DNA of 64,000 bases from the NCBI GenBank assembly GCA_050298055.1, contig JBNKTL010000021.1, positions 1-64,000 on the forward strand. The letters are read 5' to 3'. The stretch is from Spirochaetota bacterium (GTDB taxonomy: Bacteria > Spirochaetota > UBA4802 > UBA5550). A program made the translations under genes and the position numbers. The notes under the pieces were generated by a model. That model saw nothing but the letters and a program-made list of their open reading frames with translations. It ran no database searches and had not been told where the DNA came from. Positions 51,701 through 62,918 of this stretch are shown piece after piece (the first letter of the stretch is position 1; each line of letters opens with the position of its first letter).

Positions 51701-52021
51701 AAGAGAACATATATTCTGCAAAGGAACAGGTATATTTATAATGACCTTATCAGGCGTTCAGGGGCCATTGTGTTTTCATCATCCAGGGGCGGTGAATTTT
51801 CCTATGAAAAAGACAGTCTGCAAAATGGCTTATTTACCGAAGAGATATTGGAAAGTATTTATTCGGGAACCGCTGACAAAAACAGGGACGGTCTTATAAC
51901 ATCCGATGAGTTAAGGGATTATGTATCAAGAAGGGTCTCCAGCATGAGCAGTGAACTTCAGCATCCAACTGTTGACAGGGACAACATCCATCAAAAAATT
52001 CTGTTTCCCTCTATTAAATAA
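48707..52021 (+). CDS. Exported WD40-repeat protein with C-terminal caspase-like (peptidase C14) domain
   Basis: Signal peptide; many GH...WD-type repeats; AGHG and DTCESG catalytic dyad; EF-hand-like DKNRDGLITSDE. Confidence 0.9.
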   Translation: MKYLLQKVLMCSIVLLIFLIVTQSDVISAEDQDKMDMVIQNGHSLGSLRLHYSPDGNYIITASNSQVIIRNNEGIILKKIHAHMGSIYALAVSPDGKYVVTGATDKIVKIWNYYGKQIHQLSGHTESIDKVLISSDSKEIVSVSKNEIIIWDFKGKILRTLNIKHQRSIGQAGLTPDKKKIITTSDDDTIKIWDSFTGNLLKSIRVKNTKSGLVLSPDGTKFYTCAWSDKLIEVWDIKGNKLKEFKTGFHSSNLFINKKENLLIALSGQDLYLLDHQGSVKFRKIKKNSSQGSFVTAAFHPNLRKIAVFQEKDKNLNMVLFNYKGDEIFKANKSMSTMKRVAFLPGTNRFITWSTDRRFRIWELNGNLHKSFEPYYYFSVAYPMAVSKNGKYLAFSYGRPFVGNRYVYIYTIRNGSIDRYIYKSIYVDYKGKYTPFVKKLSFHPNNNWIAVAMSDETVKLYTLQGRHIKTFDGHNGEITSISFSSDGKHFISGTPYQIILWHTSGRKVKEVKKKEYVKYQRFTPDGKYIVSLNDDNIQIYSRWLKPLKQFNLQIKEASQNYFYKISSWAISPDSKMIAIGYMGGMIKIYDLKGKLIKFLKGGHKEKITGIAFSPDNRLLLTGSWDSTACIWNIDNGSRYTYVASNGEWVFYSNDGYYDSSKNGGNLVKMVMGLTPYSIDQFAIRNNRPDLILKKTGTGDPSLIDHYYNQYKRRLRRFGMSESDLKSDFHVPEVKILEKDISGKNVNLEFRISDTKYDLRSYNIYVNDVPLFGAYGKKVSGQKKIINEEIELSEGNNKIEVSCYNAIGFESYRAITYVDYQKKNTNDLYFIGFGVSQYKNKDLNLKYAHKDVTDLAEMFNKMKGKYYRNIYSRTYLDNRVTRKNIREAKDLLSKAGVDDTFVLFIAGHGVHDVDKASTYYFLTHDTDINNLSGTAAPFEMIESLLLDIKPRKKLFLMDTCESGELEDNQEMNYYKSAGTRGIKPRAVRAFKLKKLRKKKKRTYILQRNRYIYNDLIRRSGAIVFSSSRGGEFSYEKDSLQNGLFTEEILESIYSGTADKNRDGLITSDELRDYVSRRVSSMSSELQHPTVDRDNIHQKILFPSIK

Positions 52022-52191
52022 TATTTATTCCTTGACTCTTTTATCGCACCTGTCCAGACAATTTCGATAACTCTCCTCGCGACGTTTTCACATTTACTCA
52101 TATCAGGGGCAAAAAAGCTTTTGCATGATAAAAAATTTGAGCCAGAAAAAATTATTATAAAAAGCATGAATTTTATGATGGTTTTATGCAT
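51991..52191 (-). pseudogene. Probable truncated lipoprotein
   Basis: GAGGA RBS, signal peptide with FLSC; short, and runs into the 3' end of the caspase gene. Confidence 0.4.
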
Positions 52192-52363
52192 TGATTTCCT
52201 CAATAATTTATAATTGTGACAACAAGACCCTATAATTCCAGTACAGGATGTCAATGGAATTTTTCTGTTCAAAAAAGAACATACCTGCCAAAGAGTTCTG
52301 TAAAAAAGCATTTACATATTTAATGATGAGAATATGAATTGCAAAATAACTGGAGTCATGAAT

Positions 52364-54241
52364 ATGCATTATGAAAATCTCTTAAAACAACTCACACCGG
52401 TTTTATCAAAAACTTCGAAAGATCTCCTTGAACCTCTTCTTCTCTATTCCCGGATCAGCAGGGTCGATTCCGGGATCTGCTGTGAAATTGAAGGATTAGA
52501 TAATGAAAACGAATCACTGATTTTTCTTGATCCCCGGGAGATAAACAAGTCAACGCCGGAGCCTTTTAGAAATTTCTTTTCTCTTTGCAGCGGGATAGAG
52601 ATGGGAACCCAGGGAGATACAGACCAGCTGATACTTCATGACGGCTTTTCCGGAACATTGCAAACAGAAGGGATCGACGCCTGGTCAGAAAACTTTCCTT
52701 TTCCCTTTTCCGAAGACCTCTGCGCTCCCATTGATAAGGGCCTGTCCGATTATTATGTCTTCCACCCGGGAAACGGGAAACTCTGCCGGCAGACAGAGGG
52801 CACACTGAGATATATCCGTGAGTGCAATGATCCGGTTGAGATTTATCTCCGAGAAGTCCATTACCGGCTCAGGATTGAATTAAGAGAGGGAAGCGACCTT
52901 TATAAAATTGTCAGTTCAATGCCGCATCCTCATGAATGGGTGGAAGAGGAATGGCTGCATGATCCCGAAGGATATAAAGAACATATAGAGTGGAAAAAAC
53001 AGGAGGCCTCCTATAATACTCTCAGCAAGCAGCTTCAGGATGCCGTTAACAGCGGAGATTTCTCCGGGGCGGCAGAGATCGGGGATTCCCTGCTCCAGCT
53101 TCCCCATGTAACTCCCGGCGAGATAGATGCAAACGACTGCCAGTTGATCAGCATGTCCTACACCTCCACGGGAAGACATGATAAATCAATAGAGCTTGTT
53201 GAAAACTGGAAGCCCCTGAAAGAAAACAAAAGAATGATGTCGTGGTTCATAACCATAATGATACATGCCTCCTCCTTCGAAAAAGCAATTGAGACCTGGA
53301 AGCGCCATAAACCTTTTCTTACACATGAAGAATTTGACCCCTTTATGATCACTAACCTGCTTTGCGCATATGACCGGCTGGGACGTTATGAAGAAGCCAT
53401 AAATGAACTGGAAGACTATTTCACAAAAAAGGGAGCCGGCGGCGACAAAGGGCTCATGAAATTTAATGCCGCCTGCCTCTACTCTCTCTGCGGCCGGATA
53501 GACCACAGCCTGAAAATGGCAGCCCTCTCCCTTGAAGAAGGGAAAGACAGGGAGAGCTTTTATTCCGATCCGGGCCTCGAGAACTTCCGGAAAGAGCCTG
53601 CCTTTGCCCTGCTCATGAGTGAAGAACCCGTTACTGCACTGGCTTTTCTTCAGAAGGGAACTGCCCGCTATGCTGAGCTTGTTCTCAACAGGAAGAGACA
53701 GGAAGTGATCACCAGGGAAAGTTCCCATAAAGAAAATCCCGTTTCGTGCCGGGAATCAGTAGAGGAACATAAAAACCGGGCAGACACCATTCTGGCATAT
53801 CTGCACAAAAAGAAAGATTATCTTGACGCCGGATATGAAGAGACACCACCCCTGTGTATTGAATACTGGGTAAAGCAGTTCACCCTGGACCTCAGGATAG
53901 TCAAAGAGAGACAGGAAAAGGGAGAGCTCCCGGCATTCGGATGTTATTATATTGAATGGAATCCCGGGGAGAGTGACTGCCAGAGAAATATCTGGATAGG
54001 ATATTACAACCATGCGGCAATAGGGGAAATTGATCTCTCCGCCGGCAAACATTTCTCTTTAGATAATGAACTGGGAGAAGGCACTGACGGCGGACCTCCC
54101 ATTGATACTTCCGGACAGTTTGAAACGATTGTTAAAGAACTTATTCAGACAAAAGAGTATCAGGCCATACAAAAAGAGTCCCCCTTCTATTTTGTTTACC
54201 AGGAACATGACGGACCGCACATCTCCACTGTGAAGATATAA
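52364..54241 (+). CDS. Multidomain TPR-containing protein
   Basis: FNAACLYSL...SDPGLENFR TPR end-of-group-like motif; WGR-like segment ending KKKDYLDAGYEE. Confidence 0.7.
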   Translation: MHYENLLKQLTPVLSKTSKDLLEPLLLYSRISRVDSGICCEIEGLDNENESLIFLDPREINKSTPEPFRNFFSLCSGIEMGTQGDTDQLILHDGFSGTLQTEGIDAWSENFPFPFSEDLCAPIDKGLSDYYVFHPGNGKLCRQTEGTLRYIRECNDPVEIYLREVHYRLRIELREGSDLYKIVSSMPHPHEWVEEEWLHDPEGYKEHIEWKKQEASYNTLSKQLQDAVNSGDFSGAAEIGDSLLQLPHVTPGEIDANDCQLISMSYTSTGRHDKSIELVENWKPLKENKRMMSWFITIMIHASSFEKAIETWKRHKPFLTHEEFDPFMITNLLCAYDRLGRYEEAINELEDYFTKKGAGGDKGLMKFNAACLYSLCGRIDHSLKMAALSLEEGKDRESFYSDPGLENFRKEPAFALLMSEEPVTALAFLQKGTARYAELVLNRKRQEVITRESSHKENPVSCRESVEEHKNRADTILAYLHKKKDYLDAGYEETPPLCIEYWVKQFTLDLRIVKERQEKGELPAFGCYYIEWNPGESDCQRNIWIGYYNHAAIGEIDLSAGKHFSLDNELGEGTDGGPPIDTSGQFETIVKELIQTKEYQAIQKESPFYFVYQEHDGPHISTVKI

Positions 54242-54320
54242 GGGAACTTAAACTGCTTACGCTTCGCGTAAAAAACTCTCTATCGATGTCCCATAATGAC
54301 TGATAAACCATTAGTTATAT

Positions 54321-54695
54321 TTGATGAATCCGGCACAGGATCCTGAAGCATTTCCGGCCCTGGTGATTTCCGGAAAGAGGAACTCTATTGTTTATGATGC
54401 CATGAGAACCGATCAAAAGGAGAATAAGGGGGAAGAAAAACTCCGGCAAGGTAATCAGGACCGGGAGTGGCAACAGGTTGATGCACGGGTTCTCGGGCAG
54501 ATGCTTGCCATGCAAAATTTTCTGTTTCTTTTACCCCATGAAAAGCAAATTGCCGAATTCTTTTCCGAAGCTATCGGTAAAATCCCGGGTGTGGCTTCCT
54601 GTCTCGTCTGCCTGGGAGGACCTCCCGAACCGGCGGGGACCGTAAATGACCTCTGCAATGAATGGTTGACAGGATGTATGAGCTGTATGGGGTAA
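54321..54695 (+). pseudogene. N-terminal fragment of a sensor kinase, out of frame with the kinase body
   Basis: Protein-like segment (QMLAMQNFLFLLP...IPGVASC) ends where a PAS domain begins mid-domain in another frame. Confidence 0.55.
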
Positions 54696-55717
54696 ACAGG
54701 GAAGACTCTACGGGAGCCTATGAAACCTGGCTGAACAGGGTACATCCCGATGACCGCGCTGCCAGCAATGAGATATCGGAACAGGCTCAGAGGGGCGAGA
54801 GGGACTACGACACCGAGTTTCGTGTTGTATGGCCCGATAAGAGCGTCCATTATCTCAAAGCATACGGACAATTCGTGAGGGACAGTGAGGGCAGACCGTT
54901 ACGGATGACGGAGATCAACTATGATATTACCCACTGGAAACGCGCCGAAGAAAAAATCCTTCAGCTTAACCAGGAACTTGAACAGCGGGTCTTCGAGCGT
55001 ACCGCCCAGCTGGAATTGACAAACAGGGAACTGGAGGCCTTTGCCTATTCGGTCTCCCACGACCTGCGCGCGCCGCTGCGTCATATCAACGGCTTCCTGA
55101 AACTGCTGCATCAGAGAATAGACGGTGTTCTCGACGATCCCGGCCGGAAATATATGTCCACTATCTCCGAATCCACAGACCGAATGGACCAGTTAATCAA
55201 TGACCTGCTCTCATTTTCCCGCATGGGACGGAATGAGATGACAAAAATGAAGGTGAACCTGGAGGAACTTGTCCGGGAGGTCATCCGGGAATATGAACCG
55301 GAGATACAGGACCGCTCCATCAAGTGGAACATCGGCACTCTTCCCGAAGTCATCTGCGACAGGGCGATGCTGCGACTGGTTTTTGTCAATCTCATCTCCA
55401 ATGCCCTGAAATTCACCCGTGCCCGCCGGCAGGCAGAAATCGAAATCGGGTCCCTGGATGACAGGGAGAATGAGACCGTCATTTATGTCCGGGATAATGG
55501 AGTGGGTTTTGATATTTCTTATTCTGACAGGCTTTTTATCGTGTTCCAGCGATTGCACCAATCCAATGAATTTGAAGGCACCGGTATCGGCCTGGCCAAT
55601 GTGCGCCGGATCATCCGCCGGCATGGAGGCCGTACCTGGGCCGAAGGTGTCCTCAACGTGGGAGCGACCTTTTACTTCTCGCTGCCGTCATCTTCTCAGG
55701 ATGAAAAATTCACTTAA
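54662..55717 (+). CDS. PAS/PAC sensor histidine kinase (5'-truncated)
   Basis: VHPDD PAS3, SVSHDLRAPL H-box, NLISNALKF, DNGVGF, GTGIGLA. Confidence 0.88.
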   Translation: MVDRMYELYGVNREDSTGAYETWLNRVHPDDRAASNEISEQAQRGERDYDTEFRVVWPDKSVHYLKAYGQFVRDSEGRPLRMTEINYDITHWKRAEEKILQLNQELEQRVFERTAQLELTNRELEAFAYSVSHDLRAPLRHINGFLKLLHQRIDGVLDDPGRKYMSTISESTDRMDQLINDLLSFSRMGRNEMTKMKVNLEELVREVIREYEPEIQDRSIKWNIGTLPEVICDRAMLRLVFVNLISNALKFTRARRQAEIEIGSLDDRENETVIYVRDNGVGFDISYSDRLFIVFQRLHQSNEFEGTGIGLANVRRIIRRHGGRTWAEGVLNVGATFYFSLPSSSQDEKFT

Positions 55718-55727
55718 TTTGCTTGAG

Positions 55728-55765
55728 CCACTGTAGCTGCTGGTATAAACCTGCAGCTACAGTGG
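55728..55765. repeat. REP-like hairpin between convergent genes (possible terminator)
   Basis: CCACTGTAGCTGC ... GCAGCTACAGTGG perfect 13-bp arms. Confidence 0.7.
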
Positions 55766-55779
55766 TTATTTGCCTCTGA

Positions 55780-58002
<2,223 letters not shown>

Positions 58003-58070
58003 TTATGTTAATAAAATTTACGCACCAAGGTGCAATGAGTTAAGTCGTTCAGAGAATATCTTTCGAATGA

Positions 58071-58197
58071 GTAACTATTCAGTTATATGGATATAAATAT
58101 ACACACCGGTCATCTATCACTGACTTTTGCAGCAGATAAAAATATCATATTACTCATTTAATAACATGTCTATTCATAAATATATCTGATCAGCTAT
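58071..58197. mobile_element. MITE-like element, GTAACTACTCAG family (copy 6)
   Basis: GTAACTATTCAGTTATATGG ... TATATCTGATCAGCTAT. Confidence 0.6.
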
Positions 58198-58220
58198 CCC
58201 ATATCAATAAATAATATTAT

Positions 58221-58237
58221 ATGATAATAATTATCAT
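58221..58237. promoter_or_regulatory. Fur-family operator upstream of katG
   Basis: Perfect ATGATAAT-A-ATTATCAT, containing the 7-1-7 TGATAATnATTATCA consensus. Confidence 0.8.
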
Positions 58238-58254
58238 TTAAAAACAAAAAAATA

Positions 58255-58698
58255 TTATTCATTTCTAGCCATACACTTACCGCATATACCAAAAAAGTCG
58301 AGCCGGTGATTAAGGATCTTAAAATTCGTCTCTGATGCCACCTCTTTTTTCAGTTCATCAAGACTCTCCAGGTCCGGGTCCACAATTTTTTTACACCTGA
58401 TACAGATAACATGGGGATGAGGAAGGGGCCTTTTCCCATCATACCGGTTGCTCCCATCGGGAAATCCCAGCTCAAGGACTTCACCAAGTGATTTGATTAT
58501 GAGGATATTTCTGTATACAGTAGCAAGACTCATGGTGGGAAAATCTGTTTTTATCTGCTCATAGATATCCTCAACACTGGGATGTCCTTCACTTTCAGCC
58601 AGAATATCAGCTATAGCCAGTCTCTGGGGTGTTATCTTATGGCCATTGTCCCTGAGTTTTTGAATAATTGCTTCAAATCTTTTATTTTTCTCTGTCAC
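58255..58698 (-). CDS. perR: Fur-family regulator, PerR-like
   Basis: ITPQR, HPS, SLATVY, RYD, HPH, CxxC, IVD, CxxC; upstream of katG. Confidence 0.85.
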   Translation of the reverse strand: MTEKNKRFEAIIQKLRDNGHKITPQRLAIADILAESEGHPSVEDIYEQIKTDFPTMSLATVYRNILIIKSLGEVLELGFPDGSNRYDGKRPLPHPHVICIRCKKIVDPDLESLDELKKEVASETNFKILNHRLDFFGICGKCMARNE

Positions 58699-58718
58699 CG
58701 GAAGTCACTTTGTATTAA

Positions 58719-58735
58719 ATAATAACAGTTATTAT
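58719..58735. promoter_or_regulatory. Fur/PerR-like autoregulatory operator
   Basis: ATAATAAC-A-GTTATTAT palindrome 20 bp upstream of the regulator start. Confidence 0.6.
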
Positions 58736-58815
58736 ATAACAATAATTTTCTTTAAAGTCAACTTTTTTTTAAATATCCGGGAAAATTTTACCAATACGAT
58801 TTTATTACCGTGACA

Positions 58816-58857
58816 TGCCACAATAGCCACGGATTAAAACCCGTGGCTATTGTAGCA
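58816..58857. repeat. REP-like hairpin between divergent genes
   Basis: ACAATAGCCACGG-ATTAAAAC-CCGTGGCTATTGT. Confidence 0.7.
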
Positions 58858-58931
58858 ACATCTTCTACAAATTTACTTGATTATATAATAAAGCAGATTT
58901 TACTGTCCGGATAGTTACCCGGTTTAAAAAC

Positions 58932-60071
58932 ATGTCACAGTATAAAATAATCGCAACCGCCGCCTTCGGCCTTGAATCCGTCGTCGCCCGCGAGCTGAGG
59001 AATCTCGGCTGCGAAAACCTCACCACGGAAAACGGGAGGGTGTCATTTACCGGTGACGAGACCGATATCGCCCGGTGCAACATTTGGCTCCGCTGCGCGG
59101 ACAGGGTCCTTGTTGAAATCGCCTCCTTCCCGGCAACGGACTTCGAGGAGCTTTTCCAGGGAACAAAATCGGTAAAGTGGGAGGAGTTCCTCCCGGAGAA
59201 CGCCTTTATCCATGTAAAGGGAAAATCCATAAAATCAAAACTTTACAGTGTCCCGGACTGCCAGTCCATTGTCAAGAAGGCCATCATCGAATCCATGAAA
59301 AGAAAATACAGGCGAGAGACATTCCCCGAAGACGGAGAAAGGTACAGGATAGAAATCGCCCTTCTCAAGGACAGGGCATCCATCACGGTTGATACCAGCG
59401 GTGAAGGCCTCCACAAGCGGGGATACCGGACAAAGGCTGGTGAGGCCCCTCTCCGGGAGACACTGGCCGCGGCACTGGTGATCCTCAGCAGGTGGGACCC
59501 GGACAGGGTCCTGGCGGACCCCCTCTGCGGCTCCGGGACCATCCCCGTTGAAGCGGCCCTTATAGGCCGAAACATGGCGCCGGGACTCAACAGGTCCTTC
59601 GCCTCGGAGAAATGGAAGGAGGTCCCCCCCCATATCTGGAAGAAGCTGAGGAAGGAGGCTGAGGAAGCGATCAATTACCGGGAGATGACCATCCTGGGAT
59701 CGGACAAAGAGAAGAGGTCCGTCCAGGTGGCAATGGACAACGCGGAGAGGGCGGGTGTCGCCGACGCGGTCACTTTCCAGAAAAAGCCCCTCACGGAATT
59801 CAGTTCAAAGAAGAAGTACGGGTGCGTCATAACAAACCCTCCCTACGGGGTACGGGTGGAAGCGGAATCAGGGACCGGGAAGCTTTCCCGGGAACTGGGA
59901 GAAGTTCTGGAACACCTTGAGGACTGGTCCTTTTTCATCATAACCCCGGATGAAAACTTCGAAAAAGATTTCGGAAGGAAGTCGGATAAAAACAGGAAGC
60001 TCTACAACGGAAAGATCAAGTGCTGGCTCCACTCCTACCTGGGGGAACTGCCCCCGCGGAAAGGCAGATAG
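58932..60071 (+). CDS. THUMP-domain RNA methyltransferase (RlmL/YpsC-like)
   Basis: GLE, LHKRGYR, APLRETLAA, DPLCGSGT, NPPYG, RKLYNG. Confidence 0.93.
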   Translation: MSQYKIIATAAFGLESVVARELRNLGCENLTTENGRVSFTGDETDIARCNIWLRCADRVLVEIASFPATDFEELFQGTKSVKWEEFLPENAFIHVKGKSIKSKLYSVPDCQSIVKKAIIESMKRKYRRETFPEDGERYRIEIALLKDRASITVDTSGEGLHKRGYRTKAGEAPLRETLAAALVILSRWDPDRVLADPLCGSGTIPVEAALIGRNMAPGLNRSFASEKWKEVPPHIWKKLRKEAEEAINYREMTILGSDKEKRSVQVAMDNAERAGVADAVTFQKKPLTEFSSKKKYGCVITNPPYGVRVEAESGTGKLSRELGEVLEHLEDWSFFIITPDENFEKDFGRKSDKNRKLYNGKIKCWLHSYLGELPPRKGR

Positions 60072-60073
60072 GT

Positions 60074-62524
60074 CTATTCCAGCAGTATATACTCTCCGTC
60101 TTTTTCGGTGAATGTTCCGGTCTTGAGGATATCCGTATACTCCCTGAAGTCTTTATCACCGGTGAGTGTTTCCAGGAGTAAGTCGATCCTCACGGAGTCC
60201 GGGGTCCCGGTAAAGAGCCTGACACTGAGCATATCCTCCCCCGTGAAGCCGAAACTCTCAACCGCTTCATCAAAGGCAACACTCTTCTCCCCCTTCTTGC
60301 TCCTCTTGACAAGGGCCGTCTTCTTTTCACAGTTCTCCCCGGCTTTCTCCCATGCATCCTTCCGGCGGATCCGCACCCGGTACTCCGCTGCGGAGCTTAT
60401 TGCCATGAGAGAGCTTTTGCCGTCATAATACCTGTATGAATGGAGACGGATACCCTCGGGGACTTTTTTATTAAAACTTTCGATAAAACCGGGACCAAAC
60501 TCCTCGTAGAGATCCAGGTCAAGAAGCTCATGTCCGCTCTCAATCCCCAGGGGCAGGGGAAATCCCAGGGAGATCCTCTCCCTCTTGTTAAACCCCTGTG
60601 TAAAGCTCACAGGGGCCCCTGCCATCCTGAGCCCCCTCTTAATCACCTCCATAAAATCGATATGGGGAATAAACCGGGCAGGCCCCCTCTTGGAGAGGAC
60701 CAGCCGTGCCTTCAACTCCACCCTGTACCTCTCCCGGAAAATATCCGCCCCCTTCTCAATCCTCTCCAGATCAAGCTTGTCCCCGGTATCCGGCGACCTT
60801 CTCTCATAGTTCTCCAGGTCAAGGGACCTTGCCCCCATGGAATCCTTCACCTTTTCGAAACCGGTTTCAACCATGCTCCAGGGAAGGAAGCTCTTCTCAT
60901 CCCGCTCTTCAAGAAATTCACACCAGCCGGGGACTTTATCATTGAGGGCCGCTTCCCATTTTTCGGGCTCAAAGTGTTCGCTCCATGAATCGAACCTGCA
61001 GCCCGATTTGTAGGCCCCGAGGATGGCGCCCCCCACCCTGCTGTCTCCCCGGGATATCACACCCTCCAGGAGGGAGGCCTTTATGTTGTGACTTTTAATC
61101 TTTACAAAGGAGGGAAGGTTCTTCTTAATAAAGACCACTTTCTCAAGAAAGTAGTCTTCGTCCATCTGCTCCTCCCGCTCAAAGGGAGTGTGGGGCTTGG
61201 GCACAAAGGGTGAGAGGGTCACGTTGATGTTTTTCTTTTTCCCGGGGATAGCGATTATCCTCTTGAGAAGAGAAACAATGGCCTCCCCTTCGTCATACTC
61301 CCGGCACCCGGGAAGCCCCAGCATGAAGTAGAGCTTGATATGGTTCCACCCGCTGTTAAAGACATGTTCAATGATGGCAAGGAGATCACCGGTATTCACC
61401 CTCTTGTAGACCCGGGAGCGTATCTCCTCGGAAGCGGACTCAACGGCGAAGGTCAGGGATGACTTCCTGATATCCGACACGGCCTCAATAAGGGGTAGTG
61501 TAGCCACGTCCACCTTCATGGAGGGAAGAGAGACCGATACCCCCCGTGATGAGAGCAGGGGAAGTATTTCATTGAGAAGTTCAGGCAGACCCTTAACATC
61601 ACTCACCGAGAGGGAGAGGAGTGACAGTTCATCGTAGCCGGTGTTGTTGATGATGGAGATGATACTATCCGCCGCCCCTTCCCGGCTGAGCCCCCTGTAG
61701 GGAAGGTCGTAGTATCCCGCGTGACAGAACTTGCACATGTTGCCGCAGCCCCGGGTAATCTCGTAAACAGCCCTCTCCTGTGTTATACGGATATTGGGAA
61801 CAACCGGCCTCAGGGGATTGCGGGCCTCGCCGGGCCGGGATACCCTTTTCCGGACACTGGCCCCGGCTATACTCACGAGCTTACCACTTTTGTACTCCGG
61901 TACATAGTCGCCGGGGATAAGCACCCCTTCGATCTTTCTCAGGAGACTTATCCTCTCTTCCCGGGAGATGTTCCCGCCCGAGGTTTTGAGCAGCACCTCC
62001 GTTATCTCCCTTATCCCCTCCTCGCCGTTCCCCAGGAAAACAGCGTCAACAAAATCAAAGACCGGCAGGGGATTGGAGACCGCCGATCCCCCGGCCATGA
62101 CCAGGGGATCTCCCTCGCCCCTTTCGGCCCCCAGGAAAGGGACCCTCCCCAGGTCCAGGATCTGGAGCATGTTTGTAGCAAGGAGCTCGTGCGAAAGGTT
62201 GAAGGCGATAAGGTCCAGTTCATGAAGTGGGGTGAATGTCTCCAGGGTGTAGAGGGGGATATCCTCCTCCCTGAGAAGGGCCTCAAAATCGGGGGCAGCG
62301 GCAAAGACCCGTTCGCACGCGGCGTCATCCATGCCGTTAACTATATCGTAGAGGATACGTATCCCGTTGTTTGACATCCCCACTTCGTACATGTCGGGGT
62401 ACGACACGGCCATCCTCACACGGGCGCTTTCCTTCACCACCGAATTGAGTTCCCCCCCGGCATACTGCCCCGGCTTCTGCACCTTCAGAAGATGTTTTTC
62501 TACCTGTTCCCGTAAGCTTTTCAT
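60074..62524 (-). CDS. TIGR03960-type radical SAM protein fused to a TIGR03936/DUF2344 domain
   Basis: KPGQYAGGELN, YPDMYEVGMS, CGNMCKFC, FVPKPHTPF; C-terminal ARFIPHIDF...FTQGFN...LPLGIES. Confidence 0.9.
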   Translation of the reverse strand: MKSLREQVEKHLLKVQKPGQYAGGELNSVVKESARVRMAVSYPDMYEVGMSNNGIRILYDIVNGMDDAACERVFAAAPDFEALLREEDIPLYTLETFTPLHELDLIAFNLSHELLATNMLQILDLGRVPFLGAERGEGDPLVMAGGSAVSNPLPVFDFVDAVFLGNGEEGIREITEVLLKTSGGNISREERISLLRKIEGVLIPGDYVPEYKSGKLVSIAGASVRKRVSRPGEARNPLRPVVPNIRITQERAVYEITRGCGNMCKFCHAGYYDLPYRGLSREGAADSIISIINNTGYDELSLLSLSVSDVKGLPELLNEILPLLSSRGVSVSLPSMKVDVATLPLIEAVSDIRKSSLTFAVESASEEIRSRVYKRVNTGDLLAIIEHVFNSGWNHIKLYFMLGLPGCREYDEGEAIVSLLKRIIAIPGKKKNINVTLSPFVPKPHTPFEREEQMDEDYFLEKVVFIKKNLPSFVKIKSHNIKASLLEGVISRGDSRVGGAILGAYKSGCRFDSWSEHFEPEKWEAALNDKVPGWCEFLEERDEKSFLPWSMVETGFEKVKDSMGARSLDLENYERRSPDTGDKLDLERIEKGADIFRERYRVELKARLVLSKRGPARFIPHIDFMEVIKRGLRMAGAPVSFTQGFNKRERISLGFPLPLGIESGHELLDLDLYEEFGPGFIESFNKKVPEGIRLHSYRYYDGKSSLMAISSAAEYRVRIRRKDAWEKAGENCEKKTALVKRSKKGEKSVAFDEAVESFGFTGEDMLSVRLFTGTPDSVRIDLLLETLTGDKDFREYTDILKTGTFTEKDGEYILLE

Positions 62525-62591
62525 AGAGGGCCAGAGAAAAGGGGGAGGGGATTTTTTTCAAGGAAATAAAATAATTGTCCCCCCTGTGAAT

Positions 62592-62782
62592 GTAAGTTCT
62601 CAAAAACATGGGGGTTATTTAAATCCGACTTAAGCCCCCGGCTCAAATAACTTTGCCTTGCTTGCTTTACTGAAACGAGCCACCCCCTCAGGGGGTTATT
62701 AAATAAAATTAATTTCAATATCAACATAGCGGATTTAGGGGGCTAAACGGAATATGTACCCCCCTTGAAAATGAGAACTTAC
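62592..62782. mobile_element. 191-bp MITE-like element with 11-bp terminal inverted repeats
   Basis: GTAAGTTCTCA ... TGAGAACTTAC; subterminal G5/C6 runs; internal TAAATCCG/CGGATTTA arms. Confidence 0.65.
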
Positions 62783-62918
62783 CTGTCAATCAAGACGTGA
62801 ATTAAATTCAGGGAAAATTACCAAAAATTAAAAAAAGTTTTAATCAATCCGGTTTCATAATCGTATTAATATTAAGAAAAAATTGCAATCCTGCTTAAAA
62901 TACCGGAGGTTGAAGATT

